Assembly (NCBI RefSeq): GCF_964204645.1
Contig: NC_134029.1
Location: forward strand, 4,712,001 to 4,776,000
From: Tubulanus polymorphus
Lineage: Eukaryota; Animalia; Nemertea
DNA: 64,000 bases
Reading direction: 5' to 3'
Made by a program: the position numbers and the translations under genes
Shown here: positions 1-14,700 of the stretch, piece by piece
How the letters are laid out: each line of letters begins with the position of its first letter
Position numbering within the stretch: the stretch's first letter is position 1
Notes under the pieces: generated by a model
What the model was told of the DNA's origin: nothing
The model's input: only the letters and a program-made list of their open reading frames with translations
Databases searched by the model: none

Positions 1-426
1 TAATAGGACTCTGATGTTGATAATGACGTCGACAACGTTCTGTTTTCCCGGCAGAGTCCGCGTGTCGCTTCTGGGCGTGGTCGGGTACTGTGTATTTATT
101 TACTAACGATCTGTGAAGCAGAAATATTCATCACTTCTGACTAGAGTCAGCTTTTCTTATTTAGAAACCATAGGCTTTTTATGTAACAAAGCGTTGTTGA
201 CGTGTAAGGATATGACTGAGCCGTGTGATGTATTTCAGTTATCCCGGAGACGGGAGCATTGTTTACCTCTATCTCACCCTCTCACCTTTTGACTTCATTG
301 ATTTGAGAGCTAAATTCAGTATTTGATATATTGACGCTTTTAGAAATAGTCGGTATAGCTGACTTGTTCACTGACACGCGAATCAATGCACGAATGAAAA
401 CAAATAATCATTTATATAAACTTTAC

Positions 427-1259
427 CTTGAATCAAATGATTTGTAGGCAATCTGATGATATTAGGGGTTTGCAGGCATTTTGAATAGAATGGCCCCATT
501 CTTAATACTGAAGATTGATGTAGTCCTGGCTCAAAAGTTGTGCCAAAATGTCGGAGCTTTTTCTCCACGATGAAGCTAGAAGTGCGCTATCGAATACGTG
601 TCTTCTTATAGAAAGGCATGGGAACTGCTGAGTATTGAGGTAAAGGTTCAAATCGGGCGACAACCGGCTGAAAACCTCGTCATAACGACCTCGGTACGAT
701 TCACATCCGTTTTTACAAACCGGGGACTTATTGCAACATCGGAGAATTTTGGTAACATCTTAGGATATAACGAACTATCGGTTATAACGAGCATCCTGTC
801 TGGTCCTCTGCAGTTCGTCGTCACGAAGTTCCACTGTAATGCGATACGGATACGTTGTGAAAGATGTGTCATTAGCCGGAGAAATCTTGGCCATTCCCTC
901 CCGGGATTTTCATCAAATGGCGTCATTTTCCCGTGTAAATGTTTCGTCGCTGCAGTGTTAACCGAAATAAACGTATTCGGGTTTGATATAATGATTACAG
1001 CTTTCATCCGTGTCCCACGCCAACCAGTAAAATCCTTCGGGTCGAGAGCCGTCTTAAGATCTCTAAAACACGTGATATAATCCGACTCATCAACGAGCTT
1101 TGTAATTATTCTGCTTTCCGCAGTTTGCAGGTTCCCGTCGAGATTATTTTTCCGAGCGCGACAAATAATTGGACGTGTTGTATAGATGAAGCAATTCTTT
1201 GGGCACGCTTTGCGACTGGGGCCTACCACCCGATACCTGAGCGCACGACGATGATTCAA
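427..1259 (-). pseudogene. Possible decayed coding sequence of unknown family
   Basis: A 203-aa ORF at 648-1259 appears to continue after a frameshift near 680 and a TAG at 587, toward a minus-strand donor near 426. No family recognised. Confidence 0.2.
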
Positions 1260-4200
1260 CCGCGTTCACGTGGCTGTTTCAATTCACTAACTAGCGAGAG
1301 TATAGTCAACTTGTCATTGAAACGATAATATGTTGACGAGTTGTCCAAGTGATGGCTTGGCTCAGGCCTAGTAAATTGAATTGGGAATACAAATTGACAC
1401 TCACAAATAAAGATGAATATTTCGATATTTTTGGTAAATAGAAATTCCATTGCATGAGCCCAATATTGTACGGTCACAAAATGTCCCAAAATGGTTCTCC
1501 TGAATCTAAGCCAACTACTTTTTTTCCTTTCCGACTTCAACGGCATCAACGTTAATTATATTTAGAAAGCCGTTCGGCAATCAATTTTTCCTTTTTGCCT
1601 TCGTCGATAATATCGACGAAGAACACGCGAATGTGCGAAATTAACGGATGCACTTTTTATTAACACTCGCCATTGACAACTTCGACTCTTTATTATATAT
1701 ACTTGTTGTGCGGGGCGAGTTTTTTCATCCTGGCTTCAATGCGGCATTGAATTCGTTGATTAGACGCCGTAATTAGCTTTTGCTGGCGAGTTTATCTCAC
1801 TGTGCACCAACAGGCCTTCGTCGAGTGTGACTGCTTTAACACGCTTCATTAGCTGGCAGTCTGCGCGCTAATTAGGCCTGCCGGATCGGGCATAATTAGT
1901 CATAAAGTTATGACTGACAACGCCGACGTGTAGTTTTAGTGACAAGGTGCATCTTGCTGATAAGTGTTGCTGGTTTAATGTACATTTATGCGCGGACATG
2001 CATATCTGAGCTCATCGGCTTGTGTGTTGGAATGCAGCGTCACGTGATGGCAAAACCGTTAAATACACTGCAGGGACACGGCAATGGCGGCGCGTGTAGC
2101 GATGACTCATTGTCTCCTTCTGAACCCTTTCTTGAAGATATTCGCGCTCGAATTTTTTCGTGACAAGATTCGGTTTGGTACGCTACGGAACTTCCTCGTC
2201 ATTAGTAATAGCGCTTCTACATGCGTAAAAAATGATTCTGTTCAGCGGCTCCGTTTTCTCCCCCACCCAATTAGTTACAGATGAAAAGCTCCGGCAGGTT
2301 GTTTCATTTTCAGACGCGTTGTCTCCGGCACTATAAACTATTCTCTCTTGCCGATCCCTTCCTTCTAACTGTTGCTGTTGTAAGGTACATTCTCGGAAAG
2401 ACAGATGAAAAACAAGATGCGGAAAAAGTATTCAATACACGATTTGAAAGGTCTAGGTTAGGCGCGCAGTTGCATGGAACAAGCTTGTAGAATTGTCGGA
2501 AGATTGCATCGGAAAAGTATCAAGCACCGACGATGTCTCAACGAGCAGGACTCGCAGTGAACGTATAGAGATATGGCTCGGCATTTTCAGGGATGTTTCG
2601 GTTCTATACTTTCGTATTACGTATAGAATTGAGTGGTCATTGATCTGATGGTCGCTGTACTTTCGTCATGTATAGAATGTGATGGTTGGTTAGTTCAGCT
2701 GTCTATGCTGGTATTCCATGATGGATGACACCGCGGTGCGTAGAGCGATGCCACAAGTCCCTTCCTTGGTCGCATCCTGTCGTACTCCGTAATCATAGTG
2801 TGTGGTCCGAGCCGCAATGTCTGTCGTTTGTCTTGATTTGTCAATGTGTAAAACGCTCGGTCTACCGGCGAATACAAATCACCAGAGTTCATCCCTAAAT
2901 ACGTGCATTAATTTCCCGCAGTAATATATCACAGCCGACTAAAATATCTGCTTTACGTCTTAGTCCAATGACGAAACTGCCCCCTAAGTCGCTAACCGAT
3001 GGCTCGGAGCCGATCCGTCTTGTCGACTTTATAGATACGCGTTAAGTACTTTCGAGGTCCTGATTCCCATAGGCTTCAAAAAAATATTCAGTGTCCTGAG
3101 AAATGTGATATTTTGAAATTTAGAAGATCACCAACTAGTAGAGCCGACCCATTCATCTATTTCATGCTCCTTGCATTCAGTGCTCTTCAGAGACAAAACG
3201 TATATGCTAAAATGGTTCGAACGTGACGAATAGAAATTATCGCCAGTTGAAATGAAAACGTGCTATACTTGGTAACTTCCTGGTCTGATAAAAAAGAATG
3301 AAACACCGCCTGCTGCTTTGCTATGTTGTGTTTCGTAATTTAGACGAGATAAGCTCCATGAAATAACGCGAGTGTTTACGGAAACTGGTTCTGCGCGATA
3401 TGTTAACTTAAACACATAAATCAACATTGAAAAAGCCGCTATAACTGCTTACGCGAGCAAATTAAGTAGAATATGGGTCATATGAAATGCAAAAGTGATG
3501 AATAATTGACTCATATTGAAAAATAAATACAAGGGATGGATGTATGTTTCTTATGTTACCTATTAAAGTTTAGTGGGGAAAAAATCAGGTCGGAAGAAAT
3601 TATCTTTTACTTGCTAACGTGCTAACGTCGATTGGGAAAGGAAATGAAGGGTGGAGGACTTACGGCAGTTCTGATGACTTTTGAAATTGTTGACGCCGTC
3701 TGAATAGAAGTGCTTAAAACGTATCGGTTTAAATTCCCTTTTTAATTAGACGGATATGAGACCCACTGCTGTCGACGATACCGTCGAGCTTTTTATTTCC
3801 ATCTTCGTTAAAGCGTTAGTTTTATCGACGGAATCGTCTGTAATAGAATTGAAAGCGGAGCGAAATCTAAATATTGAATTCTTTATCAATTCGCCTATTC
3901 ATTTACAGCGTCTTCGCGGAGATTTTTCCATCTTCTGACGAACCCCCGGAGACGTCTAGAAGTTTTGTAAATCTTCTGCTGGCTTCCATTTCGTATAAAG
4001 CAACTCGTCCGCGACAGCATCAGTTGTCTGCCGTCGTTCCTTCAGTAAATCTCCACGGCTATTAGCGAGAAAATTAGATTTCAACTTATGAAACTTTAAA
4101 AATTGCCGCCTGTCAAACTGGCACGGGTATTTACATTGATGGATTATGGAGAATACGGCGATTGCGTGGTGCGGGATAAGGAAGATAAGTCCCAGCATCC

Positions 4201-7200
4201 CTAACCAGACTCTTATGACTGTAAATCGCGCTCATCAGTTTTAAAGTATGAGTCACTGGCGGTAAAATATTCCCTCTCTCACTAGCGATGGTCTATCTGA
4301 CACGATTCACTCTGCTCGACGAGTTTTTGGAATATTTTATTGAAATTGATTGGTTCAGGTTTCTTGTTTCGACGAGAATTGAAATTATTGTTTACGCAAT
4401 ATATCGTCGACAGTCGATTAAATCTCATCCGCTAATGTACGGATAAAGACGAAGCCTGAATTAATGTGTGATCTATCGCGCACGCCAGACTTCTGGTATT
4501 TTCTACGGATGGACATGATCAGCATAACAGATCGGTCCGGTAGTGTAATTAGTTATCAAATATAGGTCTTTGGACTAAATACTATCCGTATCGCAATAGT
4601 TTCAAAGGTCGAATAAGAGTCTCGATGAAGACAGAATGACATGGGCAGACCGAGTCGTGAGCTGCGTAGTAAAAGGCCGTGACCCGCGAGTCGTGAGCTC
4701 GAGACCAAGAGACATCAGAAAAATATATCATTGACGTCATATCAATATAGAAAGCATATACAGTTATAGTGTTCTCCTCGTAGTAACGGCAATGCTGGTT
4801 CCCAAGAAAAAGACCACAGCTTTTTAAGTCGTTGAATATCGCGAGAACTATCTCGTGCGTGTATATGTCGAGGTCATTGGCTCAAACCCAACGTCTTCTT
4901 ATCGTAGTATCGCGTATGAAATACAATATATAATTGAGATATATGGAAAGGTCTCGCACGGCATAAATCGCGTCCGTGATTCATCTTTATGTTGCCGGTG
5001 CAAACTTGTTCAGTTGGACTCGGTGTATGATAAAACGCGACCGACCAGCGCGTACAGTTGACTCTGTCTTAACCAGGTGACACTAAACCGCGTCGAGTAA
5101 AAGCCGCTTCCGATGACTCAATAGGCCGATATATTAAAAACCTTCGGAATGTCCATATATCGCCGGACCTGTATCTAGCGTAACTCGCTGGCTCTTTAAT
5201 GATGTCTAGTAGGTAAAGTATAGCTTCCGGGCGTCTCTCCACTAGCTCGCATCGAGAGAGCGGAATGTGCCGTGTATCACACTCAAATGGCGGACAGCGG
5301 CGTGATGTCCGGGTTATTTTGCTAATACAATAGACACCACTGGTCGTACCACTTATCCATGTTGAAAAAATGATATTCCATGGTGAGCTATCGAGTCTCG
5401 GTAGAATCTCGGCCTTTCACGTGATTGCTTTGCATTGGGTTACTGAAATATGAAAAGCCCGGCTTGCGAAATCCTTAACTGGATAAAAAAAGAAAATGAA
5501 GTCTATTCATCGGTGTTGATCGACAGTATAGAAAACATTTTGAAAGTTTTTTTAATTTCGAAGAGATTGGGGAAGAAAACAGATTCGACGAATTCCCCCC
5601 CCCCCCCCAATCTCCAATGACGTTCGGTTCGGCGACCGCGAATTTTAAACGATTCTTGCGCCGCGGCAACAAATAAAAACCAATTCGGAAACGGATCGAG
5701 ATTACTTGCGCTGGGTTGCGACAAATCAGATTTGGTTTTCGATTATATCGCGTCGGTCAATCCTCGTCGCTAGATATGAAATTGAAAACAACGCCGATCT
5801 CGCGTCGTCGATACATCATCAGCGGACGCCTTACGCCGGATCAAATGCACATTTCTGTAAAATTGCCAATTTCGAAAACTTGTTGCTTGAATTTATATTA
5901 ATGCAAAATTGACGCGGATGTTTCGGCGCTCGGGTAATCTGGCAAATGGATTGTCGTGTCGTTCGGGTGTTTGTTTCTTTCTCAGCCGATCGCGGGCAAT
6001 TATTTATAAATGAATACTGCGCTCTTTCGGCGTGAACAATCTCATTAAGTATTTATGGTTGGGAAATTCGAGCAAAGCGGTCAGGATTTGCGCGAACTGA
6101 TCCTAGTGACTTTCACCGCCACCGATGCCGCGCTACTGCGTTTTTTGCTGTGAGTCATCTAACTCAGACGCCGACACGTTTTGTGGAATTAGGGATTTAT
6201 TTTGCAGTGAGTTTTGTTATCAGCACGTGTTGATTCTCGGTCTAATCCGGCCGTCTCTAGCGCGCTGTGAATTTTTAAATTCTCCGACGCGACAGCTCAA
6301 ATCTCGACTAAATCTGAGCAAGGTTTCATGCATATCTGAACAGCTTCTACGTCGATCCGCGCGGATCAGTGACGAAAACGTCGAATCGAATCAAAATCTC
6401 TGACGCTCTTGAATAAGCTGTTGGCTATTTCCCCATTCCAGACCTTTTACACCGCGAATATATCGTAAAATTGAATCACTGGAAATCACAATAACCGTGA
6501 TATAGTAATAAAACGTGAATATTCCTCAATGTTGTAAAATGACTAAAATGTTTGTGGGAACATAAAAATATATCGGATCATTCATAGCATAAAATTTTTG
6601 TAAATCTCTTTGATCTTTGATATTTCATGGTTGTAAAGACGCATTTTTTGCTGTCGCATGAACTGTTCACTTTTGATACTATGTTCGGTTTCAAATATTT
6701 CCCTGTGTTGTGGTTTGATGAAAACCACACACAACAAGTCGATCACGGCACACTCATTCACCACCACGTATAGTCCCATAACCACGCGCGAACACGTATT
6801 TACATTAGATATCGAATATTCGCTGGTCGAAAACTTTTCCGCGGACTCCGTTTGAATTTATAATGTAAAAATATCGGAAACTGGCACGAACTATGGTTGC
6901 ATATTTCATGATGCAATCGGGTCAGACGTATGCGTATGGGAAATACGTAACAATTTATTGGTGTTGGTCCGTATACTCGAAGAGCTTTGAATATTGCTGT
7001 TTTGACCCGCGGGTATGGTGCGAACTGAACGGCCGATCCCCAGTGTCCCCGCGTTTTCAGAATGCGTTGTAGCGCGGTAGTTTTGAAAATGGTTCTAAAT
7101 GGAAACTTACGTCAGCTGCAGCAACGAATATAAATGTAGTCGAACGAGTTTGATTAAAGAATTAAGAGCATAAAATTGATTTCAAAAACAAATCAATTTG

Positions 7201-8515
7201 AACATTGCTGTTGTCAACTAAGTAGTTTTTTAGTAACGCTAGTCAGCATCAAGCATGAACGAAGACGTAACCCACATCCGGGTTACGTTGCAGTACTATT
7301 TAGTTGCGTATATGCTGCCATTGTCAGGTGAAAAGCAAAATTCTGAACGTCTCTTGGCCGTCTCTTGTTTGAATTTTATTGACGTGTGATTATGTTCAGT
7401 TGCATTATGTGTATTTTGCGTTACTATGCCACAGTTACGTTGTTTATCTCTACTATCCGGCGCTGTCCTGTGTATCTATTTAACCATCAATCTTATGAAC
7501 GAAAAAAAAAGAAACACGCGGATTTATTTTTTGTACACTCGTCGAAACCTCCCACGCTGAATTTATACATACATCTGACAGCTGACTGGCTTCTGGCTGA
7601 GCCCCGCGTTCACGTGTAAAATCGTTATCGTAGTAACGAGAGCTTTACATGTCGTTTTAGCGTTAATCCTTTTTTTTCTAGCTGGACCTATCGAATAATC
7701 AATCAAGATGGCAAAAATCTAGGGAATTTTCGCTGAAAAACGAGCTTTTCTAAGTGGGTTACATTGTCATAGGAAAGGTTCATAGATTTTATGTTCATTT
7801 GTTCGCACTAGTAATGTTCCAGGTCCTGTTCGAACAGTTCTGCGTTGAATTGGAATCTAAGAGTTAAAAGGCAAACTAATGAATTGTTGAACAACTCTCA
7901 TTTCAAAATGGGATGGCGACTAGGATAGACTTTTTAATACCAATTTGTTTCATCGAAACACCCACGTATACCCAGCTGCGGGTGCATTATATAGATTAGT
8001 ATATTTCCAATCCGCATTGCAGCATCAATACGGAACGTAATTCATTTTCTATCACACTCATTCACAGTAGTAGAAAAAACCACGCTAGAAACAATAATCG
8101 TATATCTAACGTATGAAGCTATTTATGAATTATTAGTTCATCAAATCTCTATAGAGTGATAACTACACTACTGAGGTATGGGTTAATTGGCCTCGCAGTT
8201 TTTTCTTCGCTCTCCCAATCATCAGCAGCACAGCCAGAAATGATGTTACCATCTGCAAAACATACGGGCTTTATGCTAACATAACCTACTAATAACTGAA
8301 GCAGGCCTTTACAGGAGTAGGTAATATGGCTGAATGAAGGAAAATGTTATTTAGGATTTATTGTGTCTATTTCGGGGCGCCTGGCAAAGGATATGTGGAA
8401 AAAATGGATTTGTTAGCGCCATCTCGTTTCAAAATCATTGGTATGTTATCAGTAGAATGATAATATGTGATTTTCTTTGTATTTGCAGATTTGACGCTTT
8501 GAACGACTGACCGCA

Positions 8516-8759
8516 ATGAGCATGAATGCGAACAGAGGTCAGCCTCAGGTGAGGAACGGGACCAACCAGTCGAGACATCGTCTGCAACATCAACAACCGC
8601 AGCATCTTCAGAAAGACAAGCGTCACTACAGTTCGTCGGACGGCGAGGATGACCCGTTGACCCATCGTTACGACGACAGGGTGAAAGGCTACATCGATCG
8701 AAACAATGAAACGCCTCAGTTTACCACCAGAGAAGGCATCAACACGGCCAGAAGTTTAG
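8516..8759 (+). CDS. TENM: Teneurin coding exon 1 (intracellular N-terminus MSMNANRGQPQ...)
   Basis: Acceptor tttgcag ends 8488. In-frame TGA at 8492 precedes ATG 8516. Donor G|GTAAAC at 8760, phase 1, matches the next exon. Confidence 0.8.
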
Positions 8760-11700
8760 GTAAACTTTCCAAGGGAAATGTGGGTCCCGTTTGATAGACT
8801 CGTTATACTTGAGTATGATGGCTACTGTGTTGCCGAAACATAAAGGCATCAAAAAGATTTCAAAAGAACTTCATCAATTCAACCTTAGAGTAACTGTCTC
8901 ATCGAGATAATAATTTCGACGTTCAACTGCGTCTCAAACCTCTTGGGACCTATCGTGTTTATGCTAGTGTCAGCTAGTGTCTATATATAAAACTGATCAA
9001 TTCAAGTTACTGAAATCTTCAAAGAGGTATAGCATAGTAGCGACAAGCATCGGCTTCTTGTATTGTCGGGTTCTTTTTTCAAATACTATCCATTAACGAG
9101 ACCTGTCTATCTATTTATGGTTTTGTAATGCGATGAAAAAGCCACGGACGTCGACAATGATCCAATGTTTTGCTTTACCTCGAGGCGATAAACAAAAACG
9201 TGTATACTAGGAAATCCTGATGCGAATTGTGTCGATCACTGAAACCATCATCTTACACAGATCGAAGTGTCGAGAAAAACATCTATTATGTCTGAAATAA
9301 TTGATCGCTGAAACGTGAGATAGCGCTATTATGAATTTGTTTTTTTTTTTTGGCTCTCCTATATTGGCTTTTGACGAAGTGTCATCTGGATTCGCTTTGA
9401 TGGCGGTAGTTAAGGGTGTTGGCTCTGACGGTTGTATCGGCGCGTATAGTTTACTTTCGGTGGTTTCTTTTAAATCTGACGCGTGCTGAAATGATTTCGA
9501 GATATTTTAAACCGTTCATGTTTGATATTTGAGCCGTCTGTTTTCGATCGTTTAATCGATCGTCGATATCGCATTTACGCGTTGCTAATTTTCGAAACCG
9601 ACAGAATTTCGGTTCGGAGTTTACCTCGTTTAGTGCGCGCTCTTCAATCGGCATCGATCGGTTTGATAATTTGAATGAACCGAAAATACCAATAATAGCA
9701 TCGAAATGCGCGGAACTTTCGAGAACAGTTCGTTTTTTTCTATCATTGATAATTCAAATCGCGTTACTAATAGAATCAAACGCCATTTAAACGACGGAAA
9801 TAGATGTTTCAATCGAAACACTCGACGTCGATTTGCCTAAAGTATGTTTTCGTGTATCGCGTTTGAGATTTACAATGATATCATCCTTTTTCGATCGGGG
9901 AAGAGTTTTCTCAGAATTTTACCATCACGTCTAATTTACCCCCGCTATATTAATGACTCTAAAAGCATTACGATCACTTTTACGTCTTCAATCGGTAATC
10001 GATACCCATTCAGGAGCTGCGACCTTGACCCTGGTATCGTCTGCGAGAACACTGTTGCAGTCGTTTACATTTGTTTCAAATATATAGAAGATTTGAAACG
10101 AAATGAAGGATATGAATGTATTGATTTGGCGAAGCGTTATTTCGGTAACAATCGTCCGTAGTGATTGTACGGGTTTTCTTGCGGTAATTTGTGGCAGCAA
10201 ACTGTGTTGATAGAGGGAGATATTATGTTTGAATACATTCGAGACGGGCAATGCGCGAGCACTAATGTTACGACCAGTTACTTTTTTCTCCAGTCGCCCG
10301 AGCGTAAAAGATGTTTGCAAAAAAACTGATAACAGGTACCTGAAGCAGATTATTAGCAGGCAGACGAAACGAATGTGTATCCATGCGCGCACACTCCGGC
10401 CAGCTCACGCGGGTTGCTAGTCAATATTGACACAATTTTGCGCCGTCGAATAAGTCCGGTAACTTTCCAGTTCGACTGGCGAATACGAAACAAGTCGAAC
10501 AACTTCAAAGGAGCCTCGAGCGGTTTATGAGACATAATTAAAGATCTATAATATTCGCCGACGACGAAATCAATGTATTCGTTTGTATTTATTAAATGTA
10601 TATATATATGGCTAGTGAAACGGCTGCCGTCTGCGTCTGATATATTCGAGTATTTGATTTAGCGAGGCTTCCACGTAATAAAATGTACCTTAAACGTATT
10701 GACGACTTAATCGGATAAGTCACTAGTAAAGTAAGTAGAAGTAAAAGACAGCAACAGCGCGCGGCATTTTGAACTATTCTTGGAAATATTTTCGTCGATG
10801 GCAATTACCGTAAAAAAACTATTGATCATAAAGAGATGCTGTTTCGACACAAAATCCATCTGTGTACTTGCTAACTACAGTCGATGGCGGAAGACAACAC
10901 GCGAATCATTTTTTTCATTAAAAAAAAAAACATTTCATGTCGTTTTTGTGAAGATCTGCCAAGTATTAGTTCCACGTTTACCATCGAGATGGCAGCACAT
11001 TCCGGCTCTTGAAAGCATTCCCGGAATCTCCGAATAAAAATCGAAAGAATGGAAGAAAAACAGAAATACAACAAAAAGAAAATATTCTCGACCTGCTTTT
11101 TAATTAACGCTTCTTTTCTTGTAAGTAAATCAGTTAGCCATCATAATAATCATAATAAAGCAATCTCGTTGGTTGAGATGGTCCTTTCGTAGCTACATGA
11201 GTGGACGAGTACATTTCAAAAACGTATCGTTTTCACGAATCGCTGCTCTGAAATATAATCTAAGAAATTATCCAAACACTGCAAAATGGGTATTTTATAT
11301 TTTATTTTAGGATCTGATCGCTATTTTCAGTGAGTCATTGACTTTATTCGATTAGTTATTAGCTACTCAAATGGATTAGTTTGGAGCAGTTTTAGGCATT
11401 GAGCTCATGGCGTATCATTGTTTCGAAAGACTTTGAACTCAAAAGAGGAAATGTTTCGCCTCGAATTTCCCTTTTTCGTAATTTCGATTTCTTTCAAGTA
11501 TCGCGATTCATTCCGACATCGTTATAACTCGCGCGTGTTCGTTACTTCAACGTAACAAGATTGCGTTGACACAAGCGGCCGATTGTGTGAATTAATTAAC
11601 AAATGAAAAGAGATGTGGCCATGATGGGACAGAGTGTCGAAAAAACTTCATCAATTAACAGCGCTACACCGTAAAGAGTAAGCCAGTCGTCGGTAGCCCG

Positions 11701-14700
11701 CAGGTATAGAGGGGATATTAGCCAGCTATTAGTGTAGTCTGTTAGTAGTTAATTGATCAAATAAGGTTCGTGTCAGCTTCTCCGTGCAAACTCGTCGTCA
11801 GGTTCTCATATAGTACTTTCTCGTTTATTAAAAAAAGAAATCACATCCTGGCCCCCATCGGCGGTGTTCATTACATCGACATCCACGCGTCGCCTCCTTA
11901 GTACTGGTGATCTTATACCGGTTATACCTATATTGATGGAACCAGTCCATGGCCATTTCAATAACCCAATGATATACGTAGTTACTTGACTATGCTGAAT
12001 CATGGAGTCGTAGTTTATACGTCAATAATAGAGATACGTAACTTGTGACAAAATGGTAAAACTGCGAAACGAACCAGGGGCTAAAGCTGTCTTCCTCTCT
12101 GCTCTCCCTCTGTCTTCTTGGTTTAATCACGTGTTTAATGTGAGCTTGTTTCTCATTTCAGGCCTGACAACTGATGAGAGTATGATATCGCCGTTAGAGA
12201 CAGGCGAGCCCCCTATGAACAGATTGTATAGTTACCTGAGCGGATCCGAGGGCGAAGGAGACGGCGAGCCCTACGAGAAAGGAGATAATTGGGAAGGCAG
12301 ATCGCATTCGGTTTCCAGTCTATCCCAGTCTTCTCTATCTGATAACGAAATGCACGACTGTTCGAATCCGCATATAGGAAAGATGTGTAAGTATATCATA
12401 GTTTTGGGCTGGTGTTTCGAAACTCTGTCTACCGTACTCTGGCTGCCCGTATTAGGTTTACCGATTATGCTTTTCCGGAATTGGTAGGGCGTATTCTAGT
12501 CGATTCGAACGCGCTAGAAGAGAATCCAGCCAGGATCGGTAGAGACTGATCGAACCCTACCCCAGTTTCAATATTCGAATCACTGTATTCACCTTCTCCG
12601 CCCGATGCGTCAATCACCTGCGACGCGAATACGACCCGCGTTCGCGCACCTGATTGAGAGTGTAAAGCCCGAGGCTTTCGACGAGAGATGCAAAAAAATT
12701 TAAGTTTTTCGTCGCGTGTTTGTTTTTCGCGTACGTCATTAATCTGAACAACCAGCCTCGAGGGATTACGTAACCCGGCTCGTAACTCCAGGCTTAAATC
12801 TACTTCAGTTTAACCGCTAAATCGTCTTGTTTAATCGCGAGTTAAATTGAACGTTTGTTTATACCCCGCTACGATTTTAAACTATTTCTCAGACGCTTTG
12901 TTCTTCTTCGATCGTTGTATTGATGTCATAGTTCGCGCCGGACGCATATGTCACGATAATTTCACTAATGAATCGCCTCGCGACGGATGAAATTAGATCT
13001 TTTGTCTTTAGACAGACGTTCTAATCATTTAAACGAACACAATGGAGTATCAATCTTGCCCTTAGCCGATCGACGTACGAGTCATCTGTTTCATTTCCCG
13101 CCATAAAGAAAAAATTATCTCCTAATCTGATTTCGGGCTGTATCGAGGTGTGAACGCGTCTTGGTGGCCGGATCTTCGCCCTAGGGTTGACGTAATCAAT
13201 CGCTTTGAAACTTTCGATAATCGACAGTTGATAGCACTGCGGGGGTATCGCGTTTTAGAGCGTCAGTCGATCACCTTTTCACCGCCTCGGCGAAATCTAA
13301 GCCTTAATTACCGCGAGAAGGTCTGTAACGCGTAGCCTTGTGGACGGATCAAAGGTGTCGTCAATTAGTTCTGTGCGACACATCTTCGATAGCGGTAGTA
13401 ACCTATCTGATAGGGATAGAATTCGGGTCTCGAACCCAAACGCATGGCTTTTCATTCACGCGCGCACCGTATGAATTATGTTACGTCCTAACGTGTGACG
13501 CGTGTGCCAATCGACTGCCGACTAAAATACGTTAATTAAATATGCAAATTTTCCTTACCTACTAATTAGACATGCCAAAACGACGTCACCACCACCACAA
13601 ACACAGGCATCATCGACGGAAACCTGGAGGTAATTTTACCTACCTTGAACTAACCCTTAACAAAAGAGAGAATCGTTCATCGGGAATAGAAGTGTGTGTC
13701 GCATATACACCTAACAGCATGATTTATATTTGTTCCGTTTTTTTTCTGATGTACTTGCAAAGTTGTTTAGAGATGGGGAATTTCTTAACAGTCAGTTTAT
13801 ATGAAAGGGCAAAGAGTAGATTTAAAGGCTTCTTCGTAATGATGAGTTCAATTTTAACGATTGAAACCCACAGTATTAGAGATTTGTCTCAGATGAATCA
13901 TTTTTGAATAAATCTTTGAAAAGGAATGGAAGCAATCTTTCCGAAACATCATTGTAACAGATTTTACGCTGTATGTCGTCAATATTGTGTGTTGTGTATA
14001 TAGAATACGCAATGGTCTTTGTAATGGTTTTCGAATAGGAAGCCAGTAGAAGATACTGTCGTAACATCAGTGGCTTCCTGTTGATAGTGATTTAAAGGAA
14101 ACAATGTTCTCTTATTCTCTTGCCGCCAGATATGATCTTATTGCTTGCTTGTTTTTTTTCTCTTTTTTGTCAAATACGTCAATCACTCGAAAACAATTTT
14201 TGAAACCGTTAACAATTTGCTCCAAAGCAATTTCAAATTTAGTATGAAGTCTGATGATTTCCCTGGAAAAGATCGATAACATTTAATAGGCGGTTAAAAT
14301 GGCTGACGGCGTCTCGTGTTGTTGTCAGACACGAAAGTGGCATTATTTTGATGTTAAAAATGCCAGACCTCTTCGATATTTGAATACAATATTCTAAATG
14401 CCATTGACACGACATTTCTGTAACTAAGCAACCGACCAAAATAAGGATTTTTTATCGATTTGAATATCTATTTTGCATATATGCATTACATCTTTCATTT
14501 ATTCCTATGAAAGTTCTGACAAACATTTAGATCTTACACAATCTGATGGGCGTTTTCGACAGAGGACCCTAACAGACTATGTGAAAAGCCTTCTTTAACA
14601 AAATAAAATCGATAATTGAATATCTTTGATTGAATTTGAAAAGCTTTTCCCAGAATGTTCTCTTTTTTCGAAAATAAGCCCGAACTTCTAGAAGTGATGC

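Noticed and set aside
5480-6550. Precise non-coding first exon/promoter of teneurin
   Set aside because: The region looks UTR-like and CG-rich, but several donors are possible and none can be chosen from sequence alone.
7265-7289. Short hairpin ACGTAACCC/GGGTTACGT
   Set aside because: A 9-bp stem with no associated feature is compatible with chance or a tiny repeat relic.
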